Shown here: positions 27,270 to 35,199 of the stretch, one piece after another
Layout of the letters: the number at the start of each line of letters is the position of its first letter
How positions within the stretch are numbered: the first letter of the stretch is position 1
IMG/VR virus record: IMGVR_UViG_3300036852_000023
Coordinates: 1-54,181 of that record
From: a virus
Lineage: Duplodnaviria > Caudoviricetes
Strand: one strand, 5' to 3'
Length of the DNA: 54,181 nt
Program-made: the position numbers and the translations under genes
Notes under the pieces: generated by a model
Told to the model about the DNA's origin: nothing
The model's input: only the letters and a program-made list of their open reading frames with translations
The model's database searches: none

Positions 27270-27438
27270 CGATCCGCTGATGTGGTACTCAGACTTGATA
27301 GGCCAGCACGTTGAATATTGCGGCATGTGGACTGAAGGATATAAAAGCCGTGAGCCTGCTGGCTATCTCAATATCGTCAAGTTTGAAGATGCTGAATTTA
27401 TTGCTATAGAGGATGAGTCAAGCCATGAAACGCCATAA
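27241..27438 (+). CDS. Hypothetical protein
   Basis: I.KC.D.LMWY..LIG...SREPAGY.NIV..EDAE. Confidence 0.6.
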   Translation: MIMLLIKKCDDPLMWYSDLIGQHVEYCGMWTEGYKSREPAGYLNIVKFEDAEFIAIEDESSHETP

Positions 27439-27604
27439 ACGCATTGAAGACTGGTGCGATCGAACAGCCGATATAGCATGGGCTGAGCTGGTTGAAATCA
27501 AAGATGATGATGAGCTAGTGGCCGCGCTGGAACAATTGCGGCAGGCTGCCGTTAAAGTGCGACAGGTGGCCTATGCTCGAATACCTAAAGCGAAAATCAC
27601 ATGA
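27425..27604 (+). CDS. Hypothetical protein
   Basis: Last ORF of the + strand islet. Confidence 0.55.
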   Translation: MKRHKRIEDWCDRTADIAWAELVEIKDDDELVAALEQLRQAAVKVRQVAYARIPKAKIT

Positions 27605-27606
27605 TG

Positions 27607-27628
27607 AAAAGGCGGCCATTGAGCCGCC
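27607..27628 (-). terminator. Terminator between convergent transcription units
   Basis: aaaa-ggcggc-cattga-gccgcc; U-tail on the - strand. Confidence 0.7.
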
Positions 27629-27631
27629 GAT

Positions 27632-27793
27632 TCATTTCCGCTTAGTCTTGATTGACTTATCAGTTTTCCTGAATTGCTTACACGTTAAGCAGAAATCGTC
27701 ATCCTCATTTGCGCTGTAACAAAACGCCCTAGTCTTAACGCAGTGCTTACAAAAATACTGCTGATACTGCGGGCGTTTGTTGTAGTTCGTCAT
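27632..27793 (-). CDS. 53-aa CxxC...CxxC zinc-finger-like protein (not in ORF track)
   Basis: MTNYNKRPQYQQYFCKHCVKTRAFCYSANEDDDFCLTCKQFRK... Confidence 0.55.
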   Translation of the reverse strand: MTNYNKRPQYQQYFCKHCVKTRAFCYSANEDDDFCLTCKQFRKTDKSIKTKRK

Positions 27794-28009
27794 TCAGCAT
27801 TCGTCAGGGATTCCTGTTGTTTGATCTTGGCACGCCCACACAAGCGCAATCAGCCAGCCAACAACAGTCCAGCCAGTCAGAATATTCAGAATAGTGATAT
27901 ACCGCGAATGTCGATGATTGCGGCAATCCGCAACGATGCCCGGCAGCAAATAGACAAGCGCGATCAAAATCGGCACGGCCAAATTAAACCATTCAAGCCA
28001 TTCGTACAT
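27794..28009 (-). CDS. Superinfection immunity membrane protein (T4 Imm-like)
   Basis: YLLP.IVA..R.H.....I.ILN...GWT.VGW.IALVWA signature; AAGGAG RBS. Confidence 0.85.
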   Translation of the reverse strand: MYEWLEWFNLAVPILIALVYLLPGIVADCRNHRHSRYITILNILTGWTVVGWLIALVWACQDQTTGIPDEC

Positions 28010-28029
28010 ATCGTTCTCCTTTTTCATGT

Positions 28030-28355
28030 TGAATACCATTGTAGGGTCGCCATTATCGCGCTTGGCCTCAAAATAGTTACCGGCCTCCAGGCTTTGCACC
28101 ACAGCCCCCAAGAGATGTCTGCGGGAAGGGCTGCTTAGCAAGCGCGATCATTGCATACACTGGCAAATGTATCGAAGGATGGAAGCCCCCGCTACGTAGA
28201 AATAGAAGTACCAACACGGATGAGCACTGTCAGCAGATACAAGCCATTCGCTGCTGTTTCGCATGGCTAGTGCGACGGCAATGCTCATGCGTAGTGGTGC
28301 TGGTTTTGTCATCTCTCCAGCAAGAGGGCTTGAGCGGTCTAGTCTCTCAAATAAG
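28030..28355 (-). ncRNA. Putative structured RNA upstream of the Imm-like gene
   Basis: ~330 nt without a convincing ORF; several long stems and a pseudoknot-compatible arrangement. Confidence 0.4.
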
Positions 28356-28359
28356 TCGG

Positions 28360-28530
28360 TCACTTACAGGTGACGATATGGTTGTAGATGGAGCCAAGAG
28401 AAACGATGCGATTGCAGACAGGGCATTTGCCGGTATGGCGCTCAATTCCTGCTGCTTTCAGTGCTGCGGCCATTGCGCTATTTTTAGCACGCATACGGCC
28501 AGCAGTGCCACCAGTTTTCTTTGCGGACAT
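28360..28530 (-). CDS. 56-aa basic protein with C2HC zinc finger (not in ORF track)
   Basis: MSAKKTGG...GKCPVCNRIVSLGSIYNHIVTCK; TAAGG RBS. Confidence 0.7.
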   Translation of the reverse strand: MSAKKTGGTAGRMRAKNSAMAAALKAAGIERHTGKCPVCNRIVSLGSIYNHIVTCK

Positions 28531-28598
28531 GATGTTTTACCTTAGTTATGGATCACATCATGGGGATCTCCTTTATTGGTTAAATAATGCTGTGGCTC

Positions 28599-28982
28599 TT
28601 AATTAGAAACGCCAGTGATATTCGGCAGCAATGCTGACGGGTTGAATGTGACTCGATAATGGAAAGGCGTTGTCGTTGCGCTTTCTATTTGCTCAGCGAT
28701 GTAGGTTACATTATCGCTCAAGCCAAGAAAATTCTTCTTGTATTTGTTTGCGCCAGTCTTACAAGTGACAGTTAGTTCTCTCGATTTATCGTAGTTACCT
28801 AGGCTGCAATATCCTTCGATAACCAGCAAAGAAGTACCGGTAATGCCATTGTAAAAAGTAATCTTTCTTTCGACTTCAAAGTTGTCGGCAGCTTCACTCA
28901 GATTTTGTGACGCAACATCGGCAGGTTTGGCGCAAGCAGTCAGCAAACCGCCAAAGCATAAAGCAATCAAAAGTGTTTTCAT
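28599..28982 (-). CDS. Conserved phage lipoprotein
   Basis: Lipobox LTAC; ADVAS.NLS.AADNFE..R.I.FYNGIT, K.FLGLSDNVTY. Confidence 0.8.
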   Translation of the reverse strand: MKTLLIALCFGGLLTACAKPADVASQNLSEAADNFEVERKITFYNGITGTSLLVIEGYCSLGNYDKSRELTVTCKTGANKYKKNFLGLSDNVTYIAEQIESATTTPFHYRVTFNPSALLPNITGVSN

Positions 28983-29224
28983 TTATCTTATCCTTCGTGG
29001 GCATTCGATTGAGTTGGTTATGCTGGCTTTCCACCAGCTCGCTTACTGCGCCAACAGTAAGTTGCCAATCCCTTGTCCCATGGCGGAGGATGGAAATTTT
29101 ACACGTCCAAGGCCGTGGTTCGCGCCACAATCAGAAGGCTATCGCTATTGCCCGCAGTGTACCCCATCATTTACCCGTGATGGGCCAGCTGATTGCTTGC
29201 TGGATATGCCGGGTTGAAATTGCT

Positions 29225-29398
29225 TTACAGCTCAATTCTAGCAAGAAACTCGCCGTAGATGCACTCAGTGAACATCCGACTGATTGACCGCATGTGCAGG
29301 CCGTAGTCGTCCTGAACAACTTTCACGATCTCAGCATCAAGATGCTGGTTCAAACGCCACTTGTAGTATCCTGGCTCAACCTGGTCATGCTCGATCAT
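29225..29398 (-). CDS. 57-aa hypothetical protein (not in ORF track)
   Basis: MIEHDQVEPGYYKWR...; AGGAGG RBS; ATGA coupling. Confidence 0.65.
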   Translation of the reverse strand: MIEHDQVEPGYYKWRLNQHLDAEIVKVVQDDYGLHMRSISRMFTECIYGEFLARIEL

Positions 29399-29853
29399 TC
29401 TGTAATCCTCCTGAATAGGTGCATTTTAACTGAACGATTGCCACTCTTAACGATGGCTGTTTTCTTTTCGGCCTCGCGCCGATTCCAACGATCAATCAGG
29501 AATTGTCGTGCAACTTCGCGGTGAGTCAGTGCATCAATCGCAAAGTCTGGTGCAGAAATCCATTGAGGCGGCAGCATCCAGATGAAATCCATTCTTTTAG
29601 ATGTTGCGCCAGATGCGCCGATAGTATGGTCATTCATGCCAATCCGCTGCCATATATTGCCCGCATGGACGATTAAATTTTCCAATTGCATCTCGTCCAG
29701 CGCATATTCAGCATCAAGTCTGCACATCCTGGCGAATCTGGAAAAATCGCCAGTGGTGAAAATCATGGGCATCCACGAGAGCGCTGTTGTGCCACGCAAT
29801 CGGCTCTCATTGTGAAAAGTGACAATGCGGCGAGGCATCTCAGCGGTCATCAT
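29395..29853 (-). CDS. Hypothetical protein
   Basis: Coupled ORF. Confidence 0.65.
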   Translation of the reverse strand: MMTAEMPRRIVTFHNESRLRGTTALSWMPMIFTTGDFSRFARMCRLDAEYALDEMQLENLIVHAGNIWQRIGMNDHTIGASGATSKRMDFIWMLPPQWISAPDFAIDALTHREVARQFLIDRWNRREAEKKTAIVKSGNRSVKMHLFRRITE

Positions 29854-30410
29854 GCTGTAACTGCCTGCTGGTTCTTACTGTTGAATTTCCGCGCATTAGC
29901 AATCCTATCTTTGCTGGATTGCTTGCGTAGGCATCCGCATGATTTCGTTATGCCACGTGTCACATTGGATTTAATGATTTCCTTTGATAGCCCGCATTCA
30001 CAATCGAATAGCCAGATTTCAATGCGGCGTCGACGGCCTTCTTTATCAGCAACTGAGAATTTATCTTCAACCCGTTGCCTAGCCGTTAAGATCGTATCGG
30101 GTATTTTCTGGCCTGAAATATCAGATGATGGCCGCGTTATTTTACGCGGTTCATTGATTGTTACAGGATTAGGCTTCTTTTTCTTTGTATCCAATGTGGC
30201 TTGAAACTCAAGCCAATCAGTCTCCGTTGCTGGGATGAGATTATAATCATCCTTGCGGCGCAGATACATGGCGCGATAAAGCCGCTTAAGATTGTGAATC
30301 GCCATTTCTTGCGATTCATCATTGATTTTTACCACGACAGTACGGCGATAATTTTCACCGATCCCATATATCAAAAGATCAGCAAAGAAATAGAATGGTT
30401 CGAGTTTCAC
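29850..30410 (-). CDS. Protein with CxCG...SCGC zinc-binding domain (HNH/AP2-associated type)
   Basis: WLFDCECG...TKSCGC. Confidence 0.65.
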   Translation of the reverse strand: MKLEPFYFFADLLIYGIGENYRRTVVVKINDESQEMAIHNLKRLYRAMYLRRKDDYNLIPATETDWLEFQATLDTKKKKPNPVTINEPRKITRPSSDISGQKIPDTILTARQRVEDKFSVADKEGRRRRIEIWLFDCECGLSKEIIKSNVTRGITKSCGCLRKQSSKDRIANARKFNSKNQQAVTA

Positions 30411-30604
30411 AATTCAACTCCCTGGCCGCTAAGACGGTGAAAACACGCCGACAGAACATCATCTTGAAGCGCCTCTGGATAATCCGCAGCAAATGCCATG
30501 CAATATTGGTGCATCTCATCGGCCTTTGATGCAGCCTTGCTGGGCGCGGTGATAAAGTACAAAAACAACAGGCCGAAGCATATTATCCAGATGGCTAGGC
30601 GCAT
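30407..30604 (-). CDS. Small secreted or membrane protein
   Basis: N-terminal hydrophobic helix; AAGGAGG RBS. Confidence 0.65.
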   Translation of the reverse strand: MRLAIWIICFGLLFLYFITAPSKAASKADEMHQYCMAFAADYPEALQDDVLSACFHRLSGQGVEL

Positions 30605-31537
30605 TTAATCCTCCTTAGCGTCAATTATGCTCGAAAACAGTTCATGCGCGCTGGCTTGCAATATTTTTACAGTAGGTTTCAGTGCGTCCCCTACTGCGTC
30701 CCATGCAGTGGCCCGTGCAGCGGCCCATGCTGCGGCCCGTGCAGCGGCCCATGCAACGTCCCATGTTGCGTCCCATGCTGCGTCCCCTACTGCGTCCCAT
30801 GCTGCGGCCCGTGCAGCGGCCCGTGCAGCGGCCCATGCTGCGTCCCATGCTGCGTCCCGTGCTGCGTCACATGCTGCGGCCCGTGCAGCGGCCCATGCAG
30901 CGTCCCATGCTGCGTCCCGTGCATCGTCCCGTGCATCGTCCCCTACTGCGTCCCCTACTGCGTCCCATGCAGTGGCCCGTGCAGCGGCCCATGCTGCGGC
31001 CCGTGCAGCGGCCCATGCAGCGTCCCATGTTGCGTCCCATGCTGCGTCCCCTACTGCGTCCCATGCTGCGTCCCGTGCATCGTCCCGTGCTGCGTCCCAT
31101 GCTGCGTCCCGTGCTGCGTTAATCTTTGGTAGCGCAATGTTCAATTCATCTTGGCAGGTAATGGCTGGCATCTGAATCAAGATATCTGCATGGATTTTCA
31201 AAGAAGGGGTCAATGCCAGCCATGCTGCGCAATGAACGCGCACCAGCCAGTCAAACGCCATCCAAGAACGTTTTTCGGAGAGTGCTTTTGATCCTGCAGT
31301 GCCTGGGAGCCGGGTGATGTATTGCTTGAGTTGTGCCCGTTCTTCGTTGGAACGCATGCCATCGTTCCAAGCGCGGCCAAATGCTGCCAGGACCGGGTCA
31401 ACGCATTCCGGCGAATCTCCAAACGGTTCATTGGCGAATAGGCTTACTACTTCCAGCAGGCAGTGGCCTTGTTTTGGTGAAGTATGCGAACCGCTAGCTA
31501 GTTCAATATCGTCCAGATTAGCTAAATTAATTTCCAT
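30605..31537 (-). CDS. Phage protein with AAWDA/AARAA tandem repeats
   Basis: GSH...CLLE..S....E.F.D.P.C..P N-terminal domain plus ~36 four-residue repeats; own promoter and AAGGAG RBS. Confidence 0.8.
   Translation of the reverse strand: MEINLANLDDIELASGSHTSPKQGHCLLEVVSLFANEPFGDSPECVDPVLAAFGRAWNDGMRSNEERAQLKQYITRLPGTAGSKALSEKRSWMAFDWLVRVHCAAWLALTPSLKIHADILIQMPAITCQDELNIALPKINAARDAAWDAARDDARDAAWDAVGDAAWDATWDAAWAAARAAAWAAARATAWDAVGDAVGDDARDDARDAAWDAAWAAARAAACDAARDAAWDAAWAAARAAARAAAWDAVGDAAWDATWDVAWAAARAAAWAAARATAWDAVGDALKPTVKILQASAHELFSSIIDAKED
30683..31118. repeat. Degenerate 12-bp tandem repeat array with a larger internal block duplication
   Basis: Units such as gctgcgtcccat and gcagcggcccgt. 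Confidence 0.9.
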
Positions 31538-31612
31538 GATTTGCTCCTTAATGTAGTTACGTAATTAGATTTTAGCGTAATGCTTGTGCCAATAAATTGC
31601 AAACAATAATTG

Positions 31613-31909
31613 CTAATCCTGTTGCAATAATCCACTCTGAACCAGAGGATAGCCCATCTTTTGGATGTGGTCGCGCATAACGCTAATCATGAAATCCACG
31701 CCACAGCCACGGATGGGATGCTTGCCTGTGACTTTGAGGTGCAATCGACGCCAAGCTTCCTCGGTATGGCCTTCTGTATCCAGCACATCCTCTTGCCAGC
31801 GAACCGAAGCCTGAGCCAAGCGTACATGCTGTTCATCCTCATCATACGTATCAGATACGGCCATGCGGATGGTGAAAGCACGCTCACCGCTGATGTAGAC
31901 GGTTAGCAT
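31613..31909 (-). CDS. Hypothetical protein
   Basis: Overlaps the cupin stop; GGAG RBS. Confidence 0.65.
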   Translation of the reverse strand: MLTVYISGERAFTIRMAVSDTYDEDEQHVRLAQASVRWQEDVLDTEGHTEEAWRRLHLKVTGKHPIRGCGVDFMISVMRDHIQKMGYPLVQSGLLQQD

Positions 31910-32541
31910 AGCCGCTCCAATAGTCCTTCAACCAAATGGCGAAGCTCTTGCTTTTCATAACGAAGATATGCGTTCGGCGTAGGTATCGTGTCTACCATCT
32001 CCTGTTTAGTGAAAATCCGCGAATTTTTCTTTAAGGTCGGGAACTCAAAGACCATGAATGCCGTGTACTTGCTTGGGTCATTCGCTACGTTATGAATCTC
32101 GGTATGCTTCTGAAAGTGCGTATCGCCTGGGCCAAGTATCATGCGCTCATGCACTTTCAGACCGCGTTTCGTGATGAAATCAAGCTTAATGCGTTTTTCT
32201 TCGTTCGTAGGGCATAGCGCAGAAGTCAGAGCATAAATATTGTAGTCTTCACGCTCATTATCCAGCCGATAGATCGTGTTTACGATTTCGCCATGCAGCA
32301 CTAACAACTGGCTATCGTACAGATGGTTATGGATGTTTACATTCGTGGTATCCAATTCATCATGAGGTTCAATGATGTATAGCCTAATCGTCTGATGCGG
32401 CGCGAAATCAAAACAAATGTAATTCAATCCAGGGAAATGGAAGTTTTTGATGGATAGCTCAACCATTCGGTCAAGATTATGCTCTAACTGTAACGCTATC
32501 CATTGCTTCCAGAATATCAGACATGGATTTATGGCCGCCAT
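31903..32541 (-). CDS. Cupin-fold (cysteine-dioxygenase-like) metalloprotein
   Basis: IHNH.YD...LVL.GEI.N and later EIHNV: HxH...H metal triad spacing. Confidence 0.6.
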   Translation of the reverse strand: MAAINPCLIFWKQWIALQLEHNLDRMVELSIKNFHFPGLNYICFDFAPHQTIRLYIIEPHDELDTTNVNIHNHLYDSQLLVLHGEIVNTIYRLDNEREDYNIYALTSALCPTNEEKRIKLDFITKRGLKVHERMILGPGDTHFQKHTEIHNVANDPSKYTAFMVFEFPTLKKNSRIFTKQEMVDTIPTPNAYLRYEKQELRHLVEGLLERLC

Positions 32542-32543
32542 GG

Positions 32544-32972
32544 CTATTTACCAGTTGAACCAAGACCATTTACGCCGCGACTGGTGTTAGATAAATCATG
32601 CTCTTCAATAATTGAAAATTTTGGGCATGGCAAAATCATGAATTGCGCAATACGATCGCCAGCATTGACGGTTAGCAACTCATGCCCATCATTGCGAAGC
32701 TTGATCATTAATTGGCCGCGATAATCACTATCTAATACTCCAACCGCATTCGACAGCCGCGTATCATGATTGAACCCCATCCCGCTACGACTATAGACAA
32801 GCATTACATGACCAGCAGGTACCTCAAATGCTAAACCAGTCTCAAATAAAAATGCCTCTCCCGGCTCAATCCAACCGCCATGCAATGCACTAACGTCCAT
32901 GCAGGCAGAACCATCGGTAGCATATGTTGGTGCTTTTGCGCTGCCATCCAATCGTTTGAATTTAATATTCAT
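32544..32972 (-). CDS. dut: dUTPase (trimeric)
   Basis: GSACMD, SRSG, GVLDSDYRG, GDRIAQ and RG..GLGSTG motifs. Confidence 0.95.
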   Translation of the reverse strand: MNIKFKRLDGSAKAPTYATDGSACMDVSALHGGWIEPGEAFLFETGLAFEVPAGHVMLVYSRSGMGFNHDTRLSNAVGVLDSDYRGQLMIKLRNDGHELLTVNAGDRIAQFMILPCPKFSIIEEHDLSNTSRGVNGLGSTGK

Positions 32973-33307
32973 ATTGAACCTCCATCAAATTTAATGATCC
33001 TTCGGCCTAGAATGCCCTTTATGGCGAATCTGCCATTAAGTCGGTACTGATGCTGCCAATTGTCTGTTATATGGCGTCTAGCGGCGTGCAAGGCGCGAAT
33101 ATTCTCAATTTTCTTGCATCCGCAAGATACAATCTTCTTATACTTGCCAAACACGCTTGGCGCATCTGCGATGTAATCCTTCCTGCCGCAAGTGCATTCA
33201 AACCGCCACATGGCCTTATTGTTTTTGTGATAACCAGCATACTCAACCGCCTTGAGCCTTCCGCTCTCGCTGGTCATGCCTGAGTAGTCTTTGAATGGGC
33301 GGCCCAT
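32969..33307 (-). CDS. Protein with CxCG...SCGC domain
   Basis: GRL.AV...W.FECTCG...SCGC. Confidence 0.65.
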   Translation of the reverse strand: MGRPFKDYSGMTSESGRLKAVEYAGYHKNNKAMWRFECTCGRKDYIADAPSVFGKYKKIVSCGCKKIENIRALHAARRHITDNWQHQYRLNGRFAIKGILGRRIIKFDGGSI

Positions 33308-33318
33308 GTGAAGGCTGC

Positions 33319-33537
33319 CTATTTTTTGCCAATTGGACAGTAAAACTCATCAACGGCCACAATGATAGGCGGCGCAATTAGCTCAACAAATACTGCGCCA
33401 ACTATCAAATTTCGCACGCTTGGCTTATAGACAAGCTTCGGGTCTTTCTCATCACCAAGCCCGACGCATTGGCCGTATGGGGTGCTAGATGAGCATCCAG
33501 CAAGCAGGAGAACAGCCAAGATAAGTGCGTATTTCAT
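33319..33537 (-). CDS. Small lipoprotein
   Basis: Lipobox LAGC; TPYG.CVG...KDP.L.Y. Confidence 0.75.
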   Translation of the reverse strand: MKYALILAVLLLAGCSSSTPYGQCVGLGDEKDPKLVYKPSVRNLIVGAVFVELIAPPIIVAVDEFYCPIGKK

Positions 33538-33818
33538 CCCAATAGCCCTCTAGTAACATCCATCACATCAATATCATCGCGCATAACGTCTGGCTGCCAT
33601 TCTTTGCGCGGCTTGGCGGTTGCTCCCGAAACGATGAACGATTCCTGTTCTTCTTTTATCTCAGATAAGATATCCGCCCCGCAATATACGTGACCGCCAT
33701 TGCTTTTCAATACAAGGTAGTAAACTCGCCCAGAAATGTATTCAATTAAAGCCTCATGAAGATGCCATTCAGTGCCTGGCATATTAATCCGCACAAACTG
33801 GCCTATTTCAAAAGTCAT
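33534..33818 (-). CDS. Hypothetical protein (SH3/KOW-like N-terminus)
   Basis: FEIGQFVRI start; coupled. Confidence 0.6.
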   Translation of the reverse strand: MTFEIGQFVRINMPGTEWHLHEALIEYISGRVYYLVLKSNGGHVYCGADILSEIKEEQESFIVSGATAKPRKEWQPDVMRDDIDVMDVTRGLLG

Positions 33819-33940
33819 TGCCCAATCCCCTTCAAAGCCATCATAATCGGCTTAAGTGCGGTATATGCCATATAGGCCACCATTGAGAGCGGAAGAATGA
33901 AGCCAAGGCTTATGCCGATGGCTGTGGATAGGAATTTCAT
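33815..33940 (-). CDS. 41-aa single-TM peptide
   Basis: MKFLSTAIGISLGFILPLSMVAYMAY; GAGG RBS. Confidence 0.55.
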   Translation of the reverse strand: MKFLSTAIGISLGFILPLSMVAYMAYTALKPIMMALKGIGQ

Positions 33941-33941
33941 C

Positions 33942-34622
33942 TCAAAGACCTCGCGCAGAAACAACGGTTTCAGGGTAAAAGCGCACGCCAGGATATTCCA
34001 CTTCGCCTTTCGTGGCCTTGGCGATGGCATTCAAGCTGGTCATATTTACGTCAAGCATGCTGATGGGCAATTTGCCAGCGGCCACAGCCTGGACGAGTGC
34101 CATTTTGTCGGTCACTTCCGCTTTCCAATTCTGCCGAGTCGAAATGCCTTGCGCCTTGTCAACATTCGCAGCGACGACTGGCGCAACGACGCTAGCGGCC
34201 TGCATGGCTAGTTCATGAGCCTTTTCCTCTTTGCCACTCTCTGCAGCCTTCTCAGCCCGCACCATGAGCTTTTCTTGCTGCTTGCGGGCTTCTGCGTCAA
34301 GCTTGGCTTGTGCCTCGCGTGCGGCCCGTTCTTGCGCTTGCTGATAGCCTGCAATGGAGTGCTTGATAATCCCTTCTGCATCAGCCAAAAAATCCAACGG
34401 CGCGCGGAAGAAATCCATGATCTCTTTCTTGGAATCGTCCAGCGGCTTAGTCATGCGCTTGCGCTGTTCGTCCAGTTGCTTGGCCTTGGTCTTGATGCTG
34501 GCCAGCTCAGACGCTGCGGTTTGCAGTTGGTCATTGTTCTGAATTACGTAGGTCTTGGCTTGGCTCAGAATGGCCGTGGCCTCGTTTACCAAAATCTCAG
34601 TCTCTTGCGGCAAGTTAATCAT
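33942..34622 (-). CDS. Coiled-coil protein of the recombination module
   Basis: R..MTKPLD..KK.IM..F..P, W.AEVTD, PGVRFY. Confidence 0.7.
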   Translation of the reverse strand: MINLPQETEILVNEATAILSQAKTYVIQNNDQLQTAASELASIKTKAKQLDEQRKRMTKPLDDSKKEIMDFFRAPLDFLADAEGIIKHSIAGYQQAQERAAREAQAKLDAEARKQQEKLMVRAEKAAESGKEEKAHELAMQAASVVAPVVAANVDKAQGISTRQNWKAEVTDKMALVQAVAAGKLPISMLDVNMTSLNAIAKATKGEVEYPGVRFYPETVVSARGL

Positions 34623-35199
34623 GATTTTTCCTCCAGTTGGTGATAGACAAGCATGATAAAAATGTCGGCCAGTCAGTTGTATCAATTAATGGGTGGAGCC
34701 GGTAAGTGCCATCATTGCGGAGATGGCACGCCCAACGGTATTTCATAAGCTCTGTTTTCTCGCGGCCAACATTACCGCCATTCAAATATGCTGCTGTTTG
34801 TGGGCCGACGCTGGGCATTAATTGGGCGCTGGTTTTTATATCCAGCACGCCGCGTTTCTTTTTAATTATTACCTCACGGTCAGGCATTCCGGCATATCCA
34901 TACACAGGATGGTATATTTGCCATTCTGCCTTCAAAATCTCTACTTTTGATTCTGATTTGAATTTATCCCAAGCTGCTACATATGGAATGAGTTCATCGG
35001 ACAGCGATCCCCAATCCAAATCATCCTGATCCAACAGTTCAGTTGCCTTGTGGACTGCGCGCCCGCGCTCTGACGCATACTCCAACATGGACATTGGCAC
35101 GCCTTCATATTCGCCTAGCAACTTGAGTACGCTAGTCACGCCATGCACCTCGCGGCCATCGTAGTAATAGCGGTGGGCGGCTTCGTCAAAGGTCAGCAT
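34615..35199 (-). CDS. PD-(D/E)XK exonuclease-like protein
   Basis: F.E..H.Y, VT.VL, RG.AVH, YAG..D...DIKT, Q.AAY. Confidence 0.8.
   Translation of the reverse strand: MLTFDEAAHRYYYDGREVHGVTSVLKLLGEYEGVPMSMLEYASERGRAVHKATELLDQDDLDWGSLSDELIPYVAAWDKFKSESKVEILKAEWQIYHPVYGYAGMPDREVIIKKKRGVLDIKTSAQLMPSVGPQTAAYLNGGNVGREKTELMKYRWACHLRNDGTYRLHPLIDTTDWPTFLSCLSITNWRKNHD

Noticed and set aside
30683-31118. Possible CRISPR array
   Set aside because: Contiguous 12-bp coding repeats with no unique spacers; no cas operon (the PD-(D/E)XK gene sits in the recombination module)
30627-31175. Long + strand ORFs (Cys-Pro, Met-Arg-Pro and Ala-Ser-His repeats) and extra - strand ORFs over the repeat
   Set aside because: Shadow frames of a stop-free 12-bp repeat; only 30605-31537 has an RBS and non-repetitive flanking domains
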